Translations under genes and position numbers: made by a program
Origin: a virus
Taxonomy: Duplodnaviria; Caudoviricetes
Length of the DNA: 41,604 nt
IMG/VR virus record: IMGVR_UViG_3300048072_000021
Coordinates: 1-41,604 of that record
Strand: one strand, 5' to 3'
The notes under the pieces: generated by a model
The model's database searches: none
What the model was told of the DNA's origin: nothing
Seen by the model: only the letters and a program-made list of their open reading frames with translations
Shown here: positions 34,601 through 41,604 of the stretch, piece by piece
Layout of the letters: each line of letters starts with the position of its first letter
Numbering within the stretch: position 1 is the stretch's first letter

Positions 34601-36462
34601 TGTAGTGGTACTCCCCGGCCATCGAACCCGGTCTGCGTCTCACGCGTGGCGTCAGGGTTCACGAGCGAAGGGGGTATGCCCCCTGCGGCGGAGTTGTAAC
34701 CCTGCCCGGAGATTTGCGGCCCGATAGGGGGCGTGGGTGGGGCCAGCGGAGTTTCCGAGAAATACGAGGCGTCCCCACCCATCGGAGGCTCAGGCTGAGG
34801 GGGTGGTTGTTGGGCGGCTTGTTGCATCTGCATTTGCATCTGCATCTGCATCTGCTGGATTTGCATTTGCGAAAGCGCCTCCATCTCGCTCATCTTGATC
34901 CGCCACATGGTCGCGCTCATTTCCTCCATCGCCCGTTTTGTCATCTCCTTTTGCGGGTCGGCAATCCCCATCCATTCAAGGGCGGTTTCATCGGATAACC
35001 CTACCTGCTTGCCAATCGCCCCGACATTGGCTTGCTGTATCCTGGTGCCTTCGTTTTCGGTGCTGAGTTCAACCGTGATATAGGTGTGTTCAATATCTAT
35101 ATCACCTGGTTTTATGGCGTATTCTTCGGTTTCACGATCCTTGTCCACGCCCCGCGCCCGCACCGGTTCTCCGGCGACCTTGAGCCACTGGAGAAATTGG
35201 TAGCATATCTCAGTTAGGGCGGCTTCCGCGACCGCCTTCACCCCGCTCACGCTCGCTTTCCCCTGGACAATCTGCTGGTTCTGTCCCGCGAACGTTTCGG
35301 CGGAGGTTGCGCCGCCTAACGCCTGAGAGACACCCGTCTCAGATTGGTGCTGCCCCAGGTTGTTTTGAAGGACCTGTAAATTCTGATCGAATTGTGCGGG
35401 GCGGGTCTCCCTGAAAGTATGCCCGGGGAGTTCGTGAAGGACGCCACCCACGATAGCCGTGTAGTCAGGGTCCATGTCAATGTCATTCGTGGGGCCGTTG
35501 TGAACCCAATCCGGCTTGCCTGCGTTCTGAATCCCCTTCGTCATTTGAAGGGAAGCCAACGTACAATCAGTTTCCCAGGAACCCGACTGCACCACATACC
35601 ACAAGAGCGGCTTGGTTTTGTACTTGCCGTTTGCTTCAAGGCTACTTTCCCCACTCTCGCACACCCAAGGGATAAAGCCTGAGGTGTTTGGGTCGTCCAT
35701 AATATCCACCACATCGGCGCTGTCTGCCAGGGCCGGGGTCGTGGTCAAGCCAGGGACAACCCATACATAGGTACGTTCCAGATCGCAGTAGTAAAATTCT
35801 GTGCAGTACTTAAATTTGTAATCCTGCCCCTTCTTCGCGGTGTTCAGTTTCGTTTCAAGTTTCTTGGCGGCATCCCCCCAACTATCCAAAACTTCGTGAA
35901 CGGGGCGCACCGAGACAGATACCACGCGTTCCAGGCCATCGTCACTCGTCTGCCAGTGGACATCCATTGGATTGTACACCTTGACCCCAAAGGGGCCATG
36001 CTGACGCCGGAAGGCGGCGCGGGTCTTGCCCGTCTTATCCGCTTGGGCGCGCTGTGAATATTCCACGTGCCGGACGTGCGCCGTGACGGTCTGGTAGAGC
36101 GCGGCGCTTTCAAGGATGTCCGCTTGAACCGAGTTGCCTTGCCGCCTGTCCGCCTTTTGTAACCACCACTTCAAGGCTTGCTCCCTTTGATTGGCGACTT
36201 CTTTGCCCTTGAACTCCTCCCCCCAGGGCTGGATTTTTACTTTGGGCGACGCTTGCATAAAGGTATTCTTGGTGACAAGAATATCCTTATAAGGGCCGGG
36301 TTTGACGACCGCATGGTAGCCCGCAATGTCCTTCGTTCCTGCGGGGCGGGCGTATTCCAAGTGGTAGGTGCGTTGTATCTCCCGCCACATGGGATTTCGT
36401 TCAGTCTCATCGCGGGCAATCGCGAGCGCGGCCCACGCGCGAATTTGCTTTGTATCCATCAA
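34597..36462 (-). CDS. portal protein
   Basis: 621 aa directly after TerL; Q/M-rich and Pro-rich C-terminus. Confidence 0.8.
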   Translation of the reverse strand: MMDTKQIRAWAALAIARDETERNPMWREIQRTYHLEYARPAGTKDIAGYHAVVKPGPYKDILVTKNTFMQASPKVKIQPWGEEFKGKEVANQREQALKWWLQKADRRQGNSVQADILESAALYQTVTAHVRHVEYSQRAQADKTGKTRAAFRRQHGPFGVKVYNPMDVHWQTSDDGLERVVSVSVRPVHEVLDSWGDAAKKLETKLNTAKKGQDYKFKYCTEFYYCDLERTYVWVVPGLTTTPALADSADVVDIMDDPNTSGFIPWVCESGESSLEANGKYKTKPLLWYVVQSGSWETDCTLASLQMTKGIQNAGKPDWVHNGPTNDIDMDPDYTAIVGGVLHELPGHTFRETRPAQFDQNLQVLQNNLGQHQSETGVSQALGGATSAETFAGQNQQIVQGKASVSGVKAVAEAALTEICYQFLQWLKVAGEPVRARGVDKDRETEEYAIKPGDIDIEHTYITVELSTENEGTRIQQANVGAIGKQVGLSDETALEWMGIADPQKEMTKRAMEEMSATMWRIKMSEMEALSQMQIQQMQMQMQMQMQQAAQQPPPQPEPPMGGDASYFSETPLAPPTPPIGPQISGQGYNSAAGGIPPSLVNPDATRETQTGFDGRGVPLQ

Positions 36463-38222
36463 TTTCTCCCGAACGCCATTGAGTAGGCGTTCTTTTTGGG
36501 GTGCTGGTTTAGGATCGCGCCAGGTAAATTAGGGCTTCGCTTGACAGAGTTAGGGAGATACCCTTCTCCGGCGAAGACGCACATATAAGCGGCATCGAGA
36601 CAGTCATCATTTGGGGTGTTCGGCCAGTTGATCCACTCATTGCGGAAGGCGCGTAAGAAGGGGGTGTCGGTGTCGGCGATCCAGACCCTTTGCATGAAGC
36701 GCGGGGCAAGCCAGTTCTCGAAGCGATCTCCCTTGCTCGTGCGTCCATGCGTGATCGCAAAGAGCGGGAGTACCTTGCCGTTCGTGTCGTTTGTGAGGAG
36801 TAGGTCATTATAAAATTCCTCGCCTTTCCCGATGTTCTCTACCCCAATCTTTAGGAGCGTAGGATACATCGAGGCGTAACTGGCGACCGCTTGCAGGGCT
36901 TCTCCCTTCGAGACGTGGCCCCGGTAGCCATCCACCAAGACAAGCCCGCCCCCAGGGAGCGCCCGCATAATCGCCAGGGCAAAATAATCGCGGCCTTTGT
37001 TCTTCAATTTGTCGGCGGTTGAGGCGTAGTCAATCCCAAAGATCACCGGCCAACTGGCCTTGATGTCGGCGGCAGGATACTCGTGTAACCACTCCGCTTT
37101 CAGGTTCAACCCCTCCATCGCCTTCAAGTCCAAGAGCATCATGCGGGCGAACCCTGCGGCCCCGCCTTCCATCAAGGACGTGCGGTAGAACGTACTCAGG
37201 CGGTCGAAGTTCCATTGTGCGGGCCAGGAGAGTTTCCAGTATCTTCCAGAAAAGGGGATGTTTCCCATTTCGGGAAAGTCCCGATTGAGCGGTGTCTGCG
37301 GCCAGAGTTCCGCCCCAGGAGTTTCCGGGGTGGCGGCGACCATGACGGGGGTGTGAGAAAGGAGATATTCCCCGGTCCCTTTGATGTGGGCGTACACATC
37401 ATTCGAGAGCCAGGGGGTGAAGTTCCAAATTTCCCAACAATCTTTCATCACGCAGAACTTGAGGGTATCGGTGTAGAACTTTTTGACCGCCTTCATTTCA
37501 ATGCCTGACGCGGTATTGTTCTCATCGTGGATATCATCCACAATCAGGAAGCCGTTGTAGCGGGAGCCAATGTTCGAGCCGTTCTTCCAGCCGCGCCCGA
37601 CCCAAGAAGCCCCATCTGGACGCCCGTCACAACGTTTCGCCCATTCTTCTTCGTTCAACTTGTTATCCCTGACATAGTAGCCGGTTTCTGCGCCCCATCC
37701 GCGAGACTTATCGGGGACGACATGCGGGAATACTTTTTTCCAACGCGGATCAAACTCAATCAGATAAGCAATCGCGGCGGCGGTTTCCTGCGCCTTCTGG
37801 TCATTGATCCGAATGATGCCGTTGACTTTGTGGGGTTCGTGCCCAATGCGGAAGGCGGCGAAATATTTTGAAAAGATGGTAGTCTTGGCGCTCTCGCGGT
37901 GGGCCTCTTGCGCCAGGCCCAACCCTTCGGCATGGGCGCGATAGGCTTTTGGCACCCATTCGCAACTTGCCATCGGGGGTAAGTCCATGCCGGTCATCAA
38001 CTTGAAGAAGGCGATAAAGCCCTCGACCGTATCCTTCTGCGGCATGAGCAGGGCTTGTAACTCAAGGATAAGGTTGAAAGTTTCGTCATCCAGGCCGCGC
38101 GCCACCGCGATCCTTTCGTCAGGGGCGAGGGTTTCCCATTGCGCGATCATCTCCGCCAGGGTTTGATCGAGCGGAGAAGGCTGAGGCGCGGGCAGGGTGG
38201 CGGTTTTCTTGGAGCGAGCCAT
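36459..38222 (-). CDS. terL: terminase large subunit
   Basis: HRESAKTT (Walker A-like), LIVDD (Walker B), FGIDYA...DYFA, GVE, NDDCLDA nuclease motifs. Confidence 0.93.
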   Translation of the reverse strand: MARSKKTATLPAPQPSPLDQTLAEMIAQWETLAPDERIAVARGLDDETFNLILELQALLMPQKDTVEGFIAFFKLMTGMDLPPMASCEWVPKAYRAHAEGLGLAQEAHRESAKTTIFSKYFAAFRIGHEPHKVNGIIRINDQKAQETAAAIAYLIEFDPRWKKVFPHVVPDKSRGWGAETGYYVRDNKLNEEEWAKRCDGRPDGASWVGRGWKNGSNIGSRYNGFLIVDDIHDENNTASGIEMKAVKKFYTDTLKFCVMKDCWEIWNFTPWLSNDVYAHIKGTGEYLLSHTPVMVAATPETPGAELWPQTPLNRDFPEMGNIPFSGRYWKLSWPAQWNFDRLSTFYRTSLMEGGAAGFARMMLLDLKAMEGLNLKAEWLHEYPAADIKASWPVIFGIDYASTADKLKNKGRDYFALAIMRALPGGGLVLVDGYRGHVSKGEALQAVASYASMYPTLLKIGVENIGKGEEFYNDLLLTNDTNGKVLPLFAITHGRTSKGDRFENWLAPRFMQRVWIADTDTPFLRAFRNEWINWPNTPNDDCLDAAYMCVFAGEGYLPNSVKRSPNLPGAILNQHPKKNAYSMAFGRN

Positions 38223-39268
38223 TAGAGCGGTTCCACCTCGTCATCGGCCAGATAGCCCCACAGGGGATACCCGCCCACGAATAGCCCGTACATGAACATC
38301 CCCTTCCATTTCTTCGCGGTCAGCTTGCGTATTTCCGTGCCATTGGCGAGCATGATGTGTTCTCCGCTATCCGGGTTATTCTTCAACTTCTCACCGTTGA
38401 GATCGGAGGTGACGACCCGATGGGTCATGGGTGGGCGCAGGAGCAGGGTCAGGTTGGCGACCGCTTCATCGAACTCCGCCCGCGTCACGTAGTCGCCATC
38501 GGGAGGGGGAAGCGGGGGAACATATCCGGCGAACTCTGCCAGTTCCACTTCGTCGCCGTAGAACTTATTACGATCTATATCAGGTTCGCAACCAGGCACC
38601 GGGGGGCACCAACTGAACCCGTCCCAATATCCAATCTGCCATACCTTGCACTTCGCCACGCTCCACCCGGCCGGTTGGGTAGGGAGGGCGGCACTAGTCC
38701 AGTGGGCGATCCAATGCCAGAAGGCATTGATCCACGCGGGCATGGGGGAGAGTTTGGTGTTGGCAAAGCCAGGGCTTGTATAAATCCCGACCTTGCCGGG
38801 GTTCCAGGCGTTGACGCCATCCAAGAGGATTTTGAGGCGGGCCAGGCGCACTTCATTCGCCACGTTGTCTACTGTCTCAACATCCGCCCAAAAGAAGGGT
38901 TTGTACCCCAGGAACTTTTCCACTTGCTCAAGTAAGGCCAGGGCATAGTCCCGTTGGGTTTCACCCAAGACATCGGAACGGAAGAACCAGTAAACCATCA
39001 CGACCGTGCCGGAGGCTTTTGCATCGGCCACGAATTGCCACAGTTTACTATCAGGAAGCGGATCACCTCCTTCGCCAAGTTTCAGGATGGAGAACTTCAT
39101 CTCCGCTTGCTTCTGGAACCAGTTGAGAACGGTGTTCCAGTGGGAAAGATCATCGCCGTGGGTCCAGGTCTGCACCACGGCCAGGGCAGAGCGCCAGGCG
39201 CGTTTGAAGATGGAGAGTTTTTCCTGTTGGGGAGCGGGGTTGAATTGTAAATAGTTTTGCGGGTTCAT
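38222..39268 (-). CDS. GH25 muramidase endolysin
   Basis: DLSHWN, ILKLGEG, YWFF, ADVE, GIYTS, WIAHW, WQ, DIDRN. Confidence 0.9.
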   Translation of the reverse strand: MNPQNYLQFNPAPQQEKLSIFKRAWRSALAVVQTWTHGDDLSHWNTVLNWFQKQAEMKFSILKLGEGGDPLPDSKLWQFVADAKASGTVVMVYWFFRSDVLGETQRDYALALLEQVEKFLGYKPFFWADVETVDNVANEVRLARLKILLDGVNAWNPGKVGIYTSPGFANTKLSPMPAWINAFWHWIAHWTSAALPTQPAGWSVAKCKVWQIGYWDGFSWCPPVPGCEPDIDRNKFYGDEVELAEFAGYVPPLPPPDGDYVTRAEFDEAVANLTLLLRPPMTHRVVTSDLNGEKLKNNPDSGEHIMLANGTEIRKLTAKKWKGMFMYGLFVGGYPLWGYLADDEVEPL

Positions 39269-39269
39269 G

Positions 39270-39545
39270 CTACCTCAGAAGGGCGATCAGACTGATAATC
39301 AAGCTGATCATAGAAATCACGGAGGGGAACCACACCGCCAAGCGAATAACCTGGCTATCGGCCTCCTGTTTCGCGGCAATCTTTGTGACCGCTTCTTGTA
39401 TCCCACCATGTCCATTCTCCCCTTCCAGGGTGATACGCAGGCGTTGGGTGGTAGCCCATGACTCGCGCGAGTCGGTGCGGAGTTGCGAAAGCTCGCGGGT
39501 CAGGGAGCGGATGTCAGATTCGAGACTTAGGTTAGAGGGGTCCAT
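39270..39545 (-). CDS. holin-like protein (coiled coil plus C-terminal TM)
   Basis: Directly upstream of endolysin. Confidence 0.6.
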   Translation of the reverse strand: MDPSNLSLESDIRSLTRELSQLRTDSRESWATTQRLRITLEGENGHGGIQEAVTKIAAKQEADSQVIRLAVWFPSVISMISLIISLIALLR

Positions 39546-39652
39546 AAGGTATAACTCTGTGCGTAGGATAATGAAACAACGAGGGCAATCAGAGCAACCA
39601 CCAGGGCCACTATGACAAGAGCGATCACAATCTTCCAGGTTCGGGCGGTCAT
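39527..39652 (-). CDS. 41-aa single-TM protein (MTARTWKIVIALVIVALVV...)
   Basis: Not in ORF track; ATGA overlap with upstream gene; strongly hydrophobic. Confidence 0.65.
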   Translation of the reverse strand: MTARTWKIVIALVIVALVVALIALVVSLSYAQSYTLWTPLT

Positions 39653-39984
39653 GCGAGAAAGGCTTCCCAGGTGAAACTTACAGTCGCGTCCGGCGTCCCC
39701 ATGACCGCGAGAGAGGCCACTGAATAATCTAGGCCGTTCGCCTCAAAGCGCGCCACGTTGAGCGAGCCTTGTCCAGTAGGGCAGGCGAAGAAGAAAGGCT
39801 CCGTTCCAGCGGGATACGGGATAGGGTAGATAACTTCGAGGATGCCGTAGCCCTCGGGCGAGAGTTGCCCGGACACCTTGCCCATTTGCTTCGCGGGCGT
39901 CTTGGGTTTTCCAGGGCCAGGGGTGCCGAAGATAAACAGAGAGGGAATGAGTTGAAAGAGGGAGAGGAACTTACGGCGGGTCAT
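39649..39984 (-). CDS. protein with twin-arginine-like N-terminus (MTRRKFL)
   Basis: AGGA SD; ATGA overlaps. Confidence 0.65.
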   Translation of the reverse strand: MTRRKFLSLFQLIPSLFIFGTPGPGKPKTPAKQMGKVSGQLSPEGYGILEVIYPIPYPAGTEPFFFACPTGQGSLNVARFEANGLDYSVASLAVMGTPDATVSFTWEAFLA

Positions 39985-40217
39985 GATTCGTTCCTGGCAA
40001 TCGCGGCGTTGGCCCACATCGCGGCGGTTTCGAGTTCAGTCAAGGCGACTGAGAGTTCACGCGACGGGGGACAGGAGGCGGTCAGGAGTTCCGCGAGTTC
40101 TTTCGCTTTTGCGCGGATGGCCTCGTAACGCTCAGGCTGTCCAGGCTTCGGGGCGTGGTAGGTGAAATTCTTGGCGAGTTTGTTTCGGTCAACTTCGGAA
40201 GGGGTATACATAGTCAT
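39981..40217 (-). CDS. Acb2/Tad1-like hairpin protein (putative immune-signal sponge)
   Basis: FTYHAP...RYEAIR...CPPSRELSVALTELETAAMWANAAIAR. Confidence 0.7.
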   Translation of the reverse strand: MTMYTPSEVDRNKLAKNFTYHAPKPGQPERYEAIRAKAKELAELLTASCPPSRELSVALTELETAAMWANAAIARNES

Positions 40218-40495
40218 TCGTTCCTTTGGGGATAGGTGATAAGGTTCTCATCGCCAGGGTCGCAATCCACAAGATACGGGGCAAAGAGATCGTTGGAGAA
40301 CTCAAGTTCCTCGGTGTTTATGTTGTACGTCAACACGGGAGGAGGTAAGCGGCGCATGAGGTCTTGGAAGCGCAGGTAGGTTTCTGCGACATTGGAAAGA
40401 GGGTAAGGTACTCCATCGTGCCCGCCAGACACAGGGCACGACCAGCTTGACGGAGTAGGAACATGAGAAGGGGGCTGGATGTTTTTGGAGATCAT
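40214..40495 (-). CDS. hypothetical protein
   Basis: ATGA overlap with downstream gene; no SD. Confidence 0.5.
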   Translation of the reverse strand: MISKNIQPPSHVPTPSSWSCPVSGGHDGVPYPLSNVAETYLRFQDLMRRLPPPVLTYNINTEELEFSNDLFAPYLVDCDPGDENLITYPQRNE

Positions 40496-40501
40496 AAATT
40501 T

Positions 40502-40636
40502 TCAGTGTCCCACAAGCGTAGCGTAGCAAGCAAGCCCAATAGCGACCCACCCTAAGACGCCAACGACAAGAAGAAGGCGACGCAGAAGGGAGAGAAAGCG
40601 GATTTCAGCAGGGGAGAGAAGGGGAAGTTTTTCCAT
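40502..40636 (-). CDS. 44-aa single-TM protein (MEKLPLLSPAEIRFLSLLRRLLLVVGVLGW...)
   Basis: Not in ORF track; translated by hand; one hydrophobic helix. Confidence 0.5.
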   Translation of the reverse strand: MEKLPLLSPAEIRFLSLLRRLLLVVGVLGWVAIGLACYATLVGH

Positions 40637-40840
40637 GTGATAAATTTTCGGGAGGGACTAAGACGAAAAGGTAAGGAAGGACAAAGAGACGTGGGGGGGG
40701 AGGGGGAAGGAAGTACAGAACACGGATGCTTCTTTCTTTTCTGGCGTGGTGGTCGTCTGGCGTCTGGCGTTTCCTTTGTCGGGCTTGTCTGGTTGTGATA
40801 ATTGTTATTACCCAAACCAGACTTTCGACATTTTACACGC

Positions 40841-41266
40841 TCACCGTGTATCTTGTCGGGTAGTGATGACTTGCGCGAGAACGTCCAGTAGTTTACTCAC
40901 ACCTTCATTGTCTAATCGTAGTCCCGACTGCCCATTGTCCGATGTTTGTACAACGTCAGGTACGTAATCACCCACGCGCAGAACCAGCTTGGCCGCTTCA
41001 GTGGATGCACGCCCTTGACCCGACTTGGCGAGAATTGTTTGAGCCTTCGCAATCTCGCGGATAGCAGATATGGGAGACCGCGCCACGTCAGCCATACCAG
41101 AAGCCCACGCGCGCCGCGCCTTGTCCCAACGGATTCGCGCCATTGCACTCGCCTGCGCTTTGTCTAGCACCGCTCCCTTTGTGATGTGATTCTTTTCAAC
41201 ATCGAACACAGCCCCATTTTTTAGGATGCGCGTCTCGCCAGGTACAGCCGGTATCATATCGCTCAT
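40841..41266 (-). CDS. putative terminase small subunit
   Basis: First late gene, 141 aa, helical, ASTEAAKLVL motif; probably leaderless. Confidence 0.6.
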   Translation of the reverse strand: MSDMIPAVPGETRILKNGAVFDVEKNHITKGAVLDKAQASAMARIRWDKARRAWASGMADVARSPISAIREIAKAQTILAKSGQGRASTEAAKLVLRVGDYVPDVVQTSDNGQSGLRLDNEGVSKLLDVLAQVITTRQDTR

Positions 41267-41273
41267 ATTCCGA

Positions 41274-41292
41274 ATTATACCCCACCCGTCAA
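41274..41292 (-). promoter_or_regulatory. late-type promoter-like element TTGACG-N7-TATAAT
   Basis: ttgacg ggtgggg tataat, 7 nt before the ATG at 41266. Confidence 0.7.
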
Positions 41293-41352
41293 CATCCTAC
41301 ACGGTAACGCACATCCTATATAAACTGGTATGCTATTTGCTTGTTTTGGCTA

Positions 41353-41381
41353 TTGACATCACCCATTGGAACGGTTACACT
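41353..41381 (+). promoter_or_regulatory. sigma70-type early promoter
   Basis: TTGACA-17-TACACT. Confidence 0.85.
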
Positions 41382-41412
41382 TAGAGAAATTAGAGAACAA
41401 AGGACACCCCCC

Positions 41413-41604
41413 ATGCTCACAAACACCCACGTTACCACCCAAGACAACCCCACCGTTTACAACGTAGTCCACACCTGGACCGCAACCGATGGACGTCCTA
41501 TCTGCCAGTTGTCCGAAATCGGATCCCCCTATCCTATTATGCAACGCTATGCGGATACCCTGACCGTTGTCTCTACCGAAAATGACCGGATGATCGCCCG
41601 CTTA
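41413..41604 (+). CDS. first early gene; continues across the circular junction to stop at 185-187
   Basis: AAAGGA SD; MLTNTHVTTQDNPTVYNVV... open through the overlap to ...HLLEN*. Confidence 0.75.
   Translation, partial: MLTNTHVTTQDNPTVYNVVHTWTATDGRPICQLSEIGSPYPIMQRYADTLTVVSTENDRMIARL
41478..41604. repeat. 127-bp terminal direct repeat (copy of 1-127)
   Basis: Exact match to window start. Confidence 0.97.

Noticed and set aside
34820-34870. TGCATC microsatellite in the portal gene
   Set aside because: Encodes the Q/M-rich tail common in portal proteins
15720-40128. Numerous plus-strand ORFs opposite the structural genes
   Set aside because: Antisense shadows in GC-rich DNA; the minus strand is fully tiled by coupled genes
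1-41604. Alternative genetic code, tRNA genes, integrase and a specific host assignment
   Set aside because: Standard code gives full-length genes; no cloverleaf or recombinase motif was seen; gene content suggests a peptidoglycan-bearing host but cannot fix the taxon without searches

Overview
The window is a complete, circularly assembled tailed-phage genome of about 41,477 bp; bases 1-127 recur exactly at 41478-41604, typical of an assembly overlap. Four transcription blocks are visible. (1) A C/A-rich, G-poor early operon of small hypothetical genes on + (41413-4110 across the junction), from a TTGACA-17-TACACT promoter. (2) A replication operon on - (8534-4146): initiator with internal iterons, DnaB helicase, VRR-NUC-like resolvase. 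(3) A divergent middle operon on + (8654-15129): pentapeptide-repeat protein, HNH, RecT and many small ORFs. (4) A 26 kb late block on - (41266-15237): TerS, Acb2/Tad1-like sponge, holins, GH25 endolysin, TerL, portal, LysM and 2109-aa internal proteins, scaffold, major capsid protein, Maf/CstII-like glycosyltransferase, LamG lectin, sialidase, adaptor, tail protein and a DUF559-like nuclease. No tape measure, sheath, integrase, DNA polymerase, tRNA or CRISPR array was recognised, so a podovirus-like virion is inferred. The most notable signals are: a recurring YTGACG-N7-TATAAW promoter-like element at three late-module starts; a promoter-to-terminator small RNA carrying an anti-SD sequence complementary to early-gene RBSs; and a lectin/sialidase/sialyltransferase-like module in which lectin and sialidase are one -1 frameshift from being a single protein. 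All family calls are from motif recognition by eye, not database searches, and the host cannot be determined from this sequence alone.
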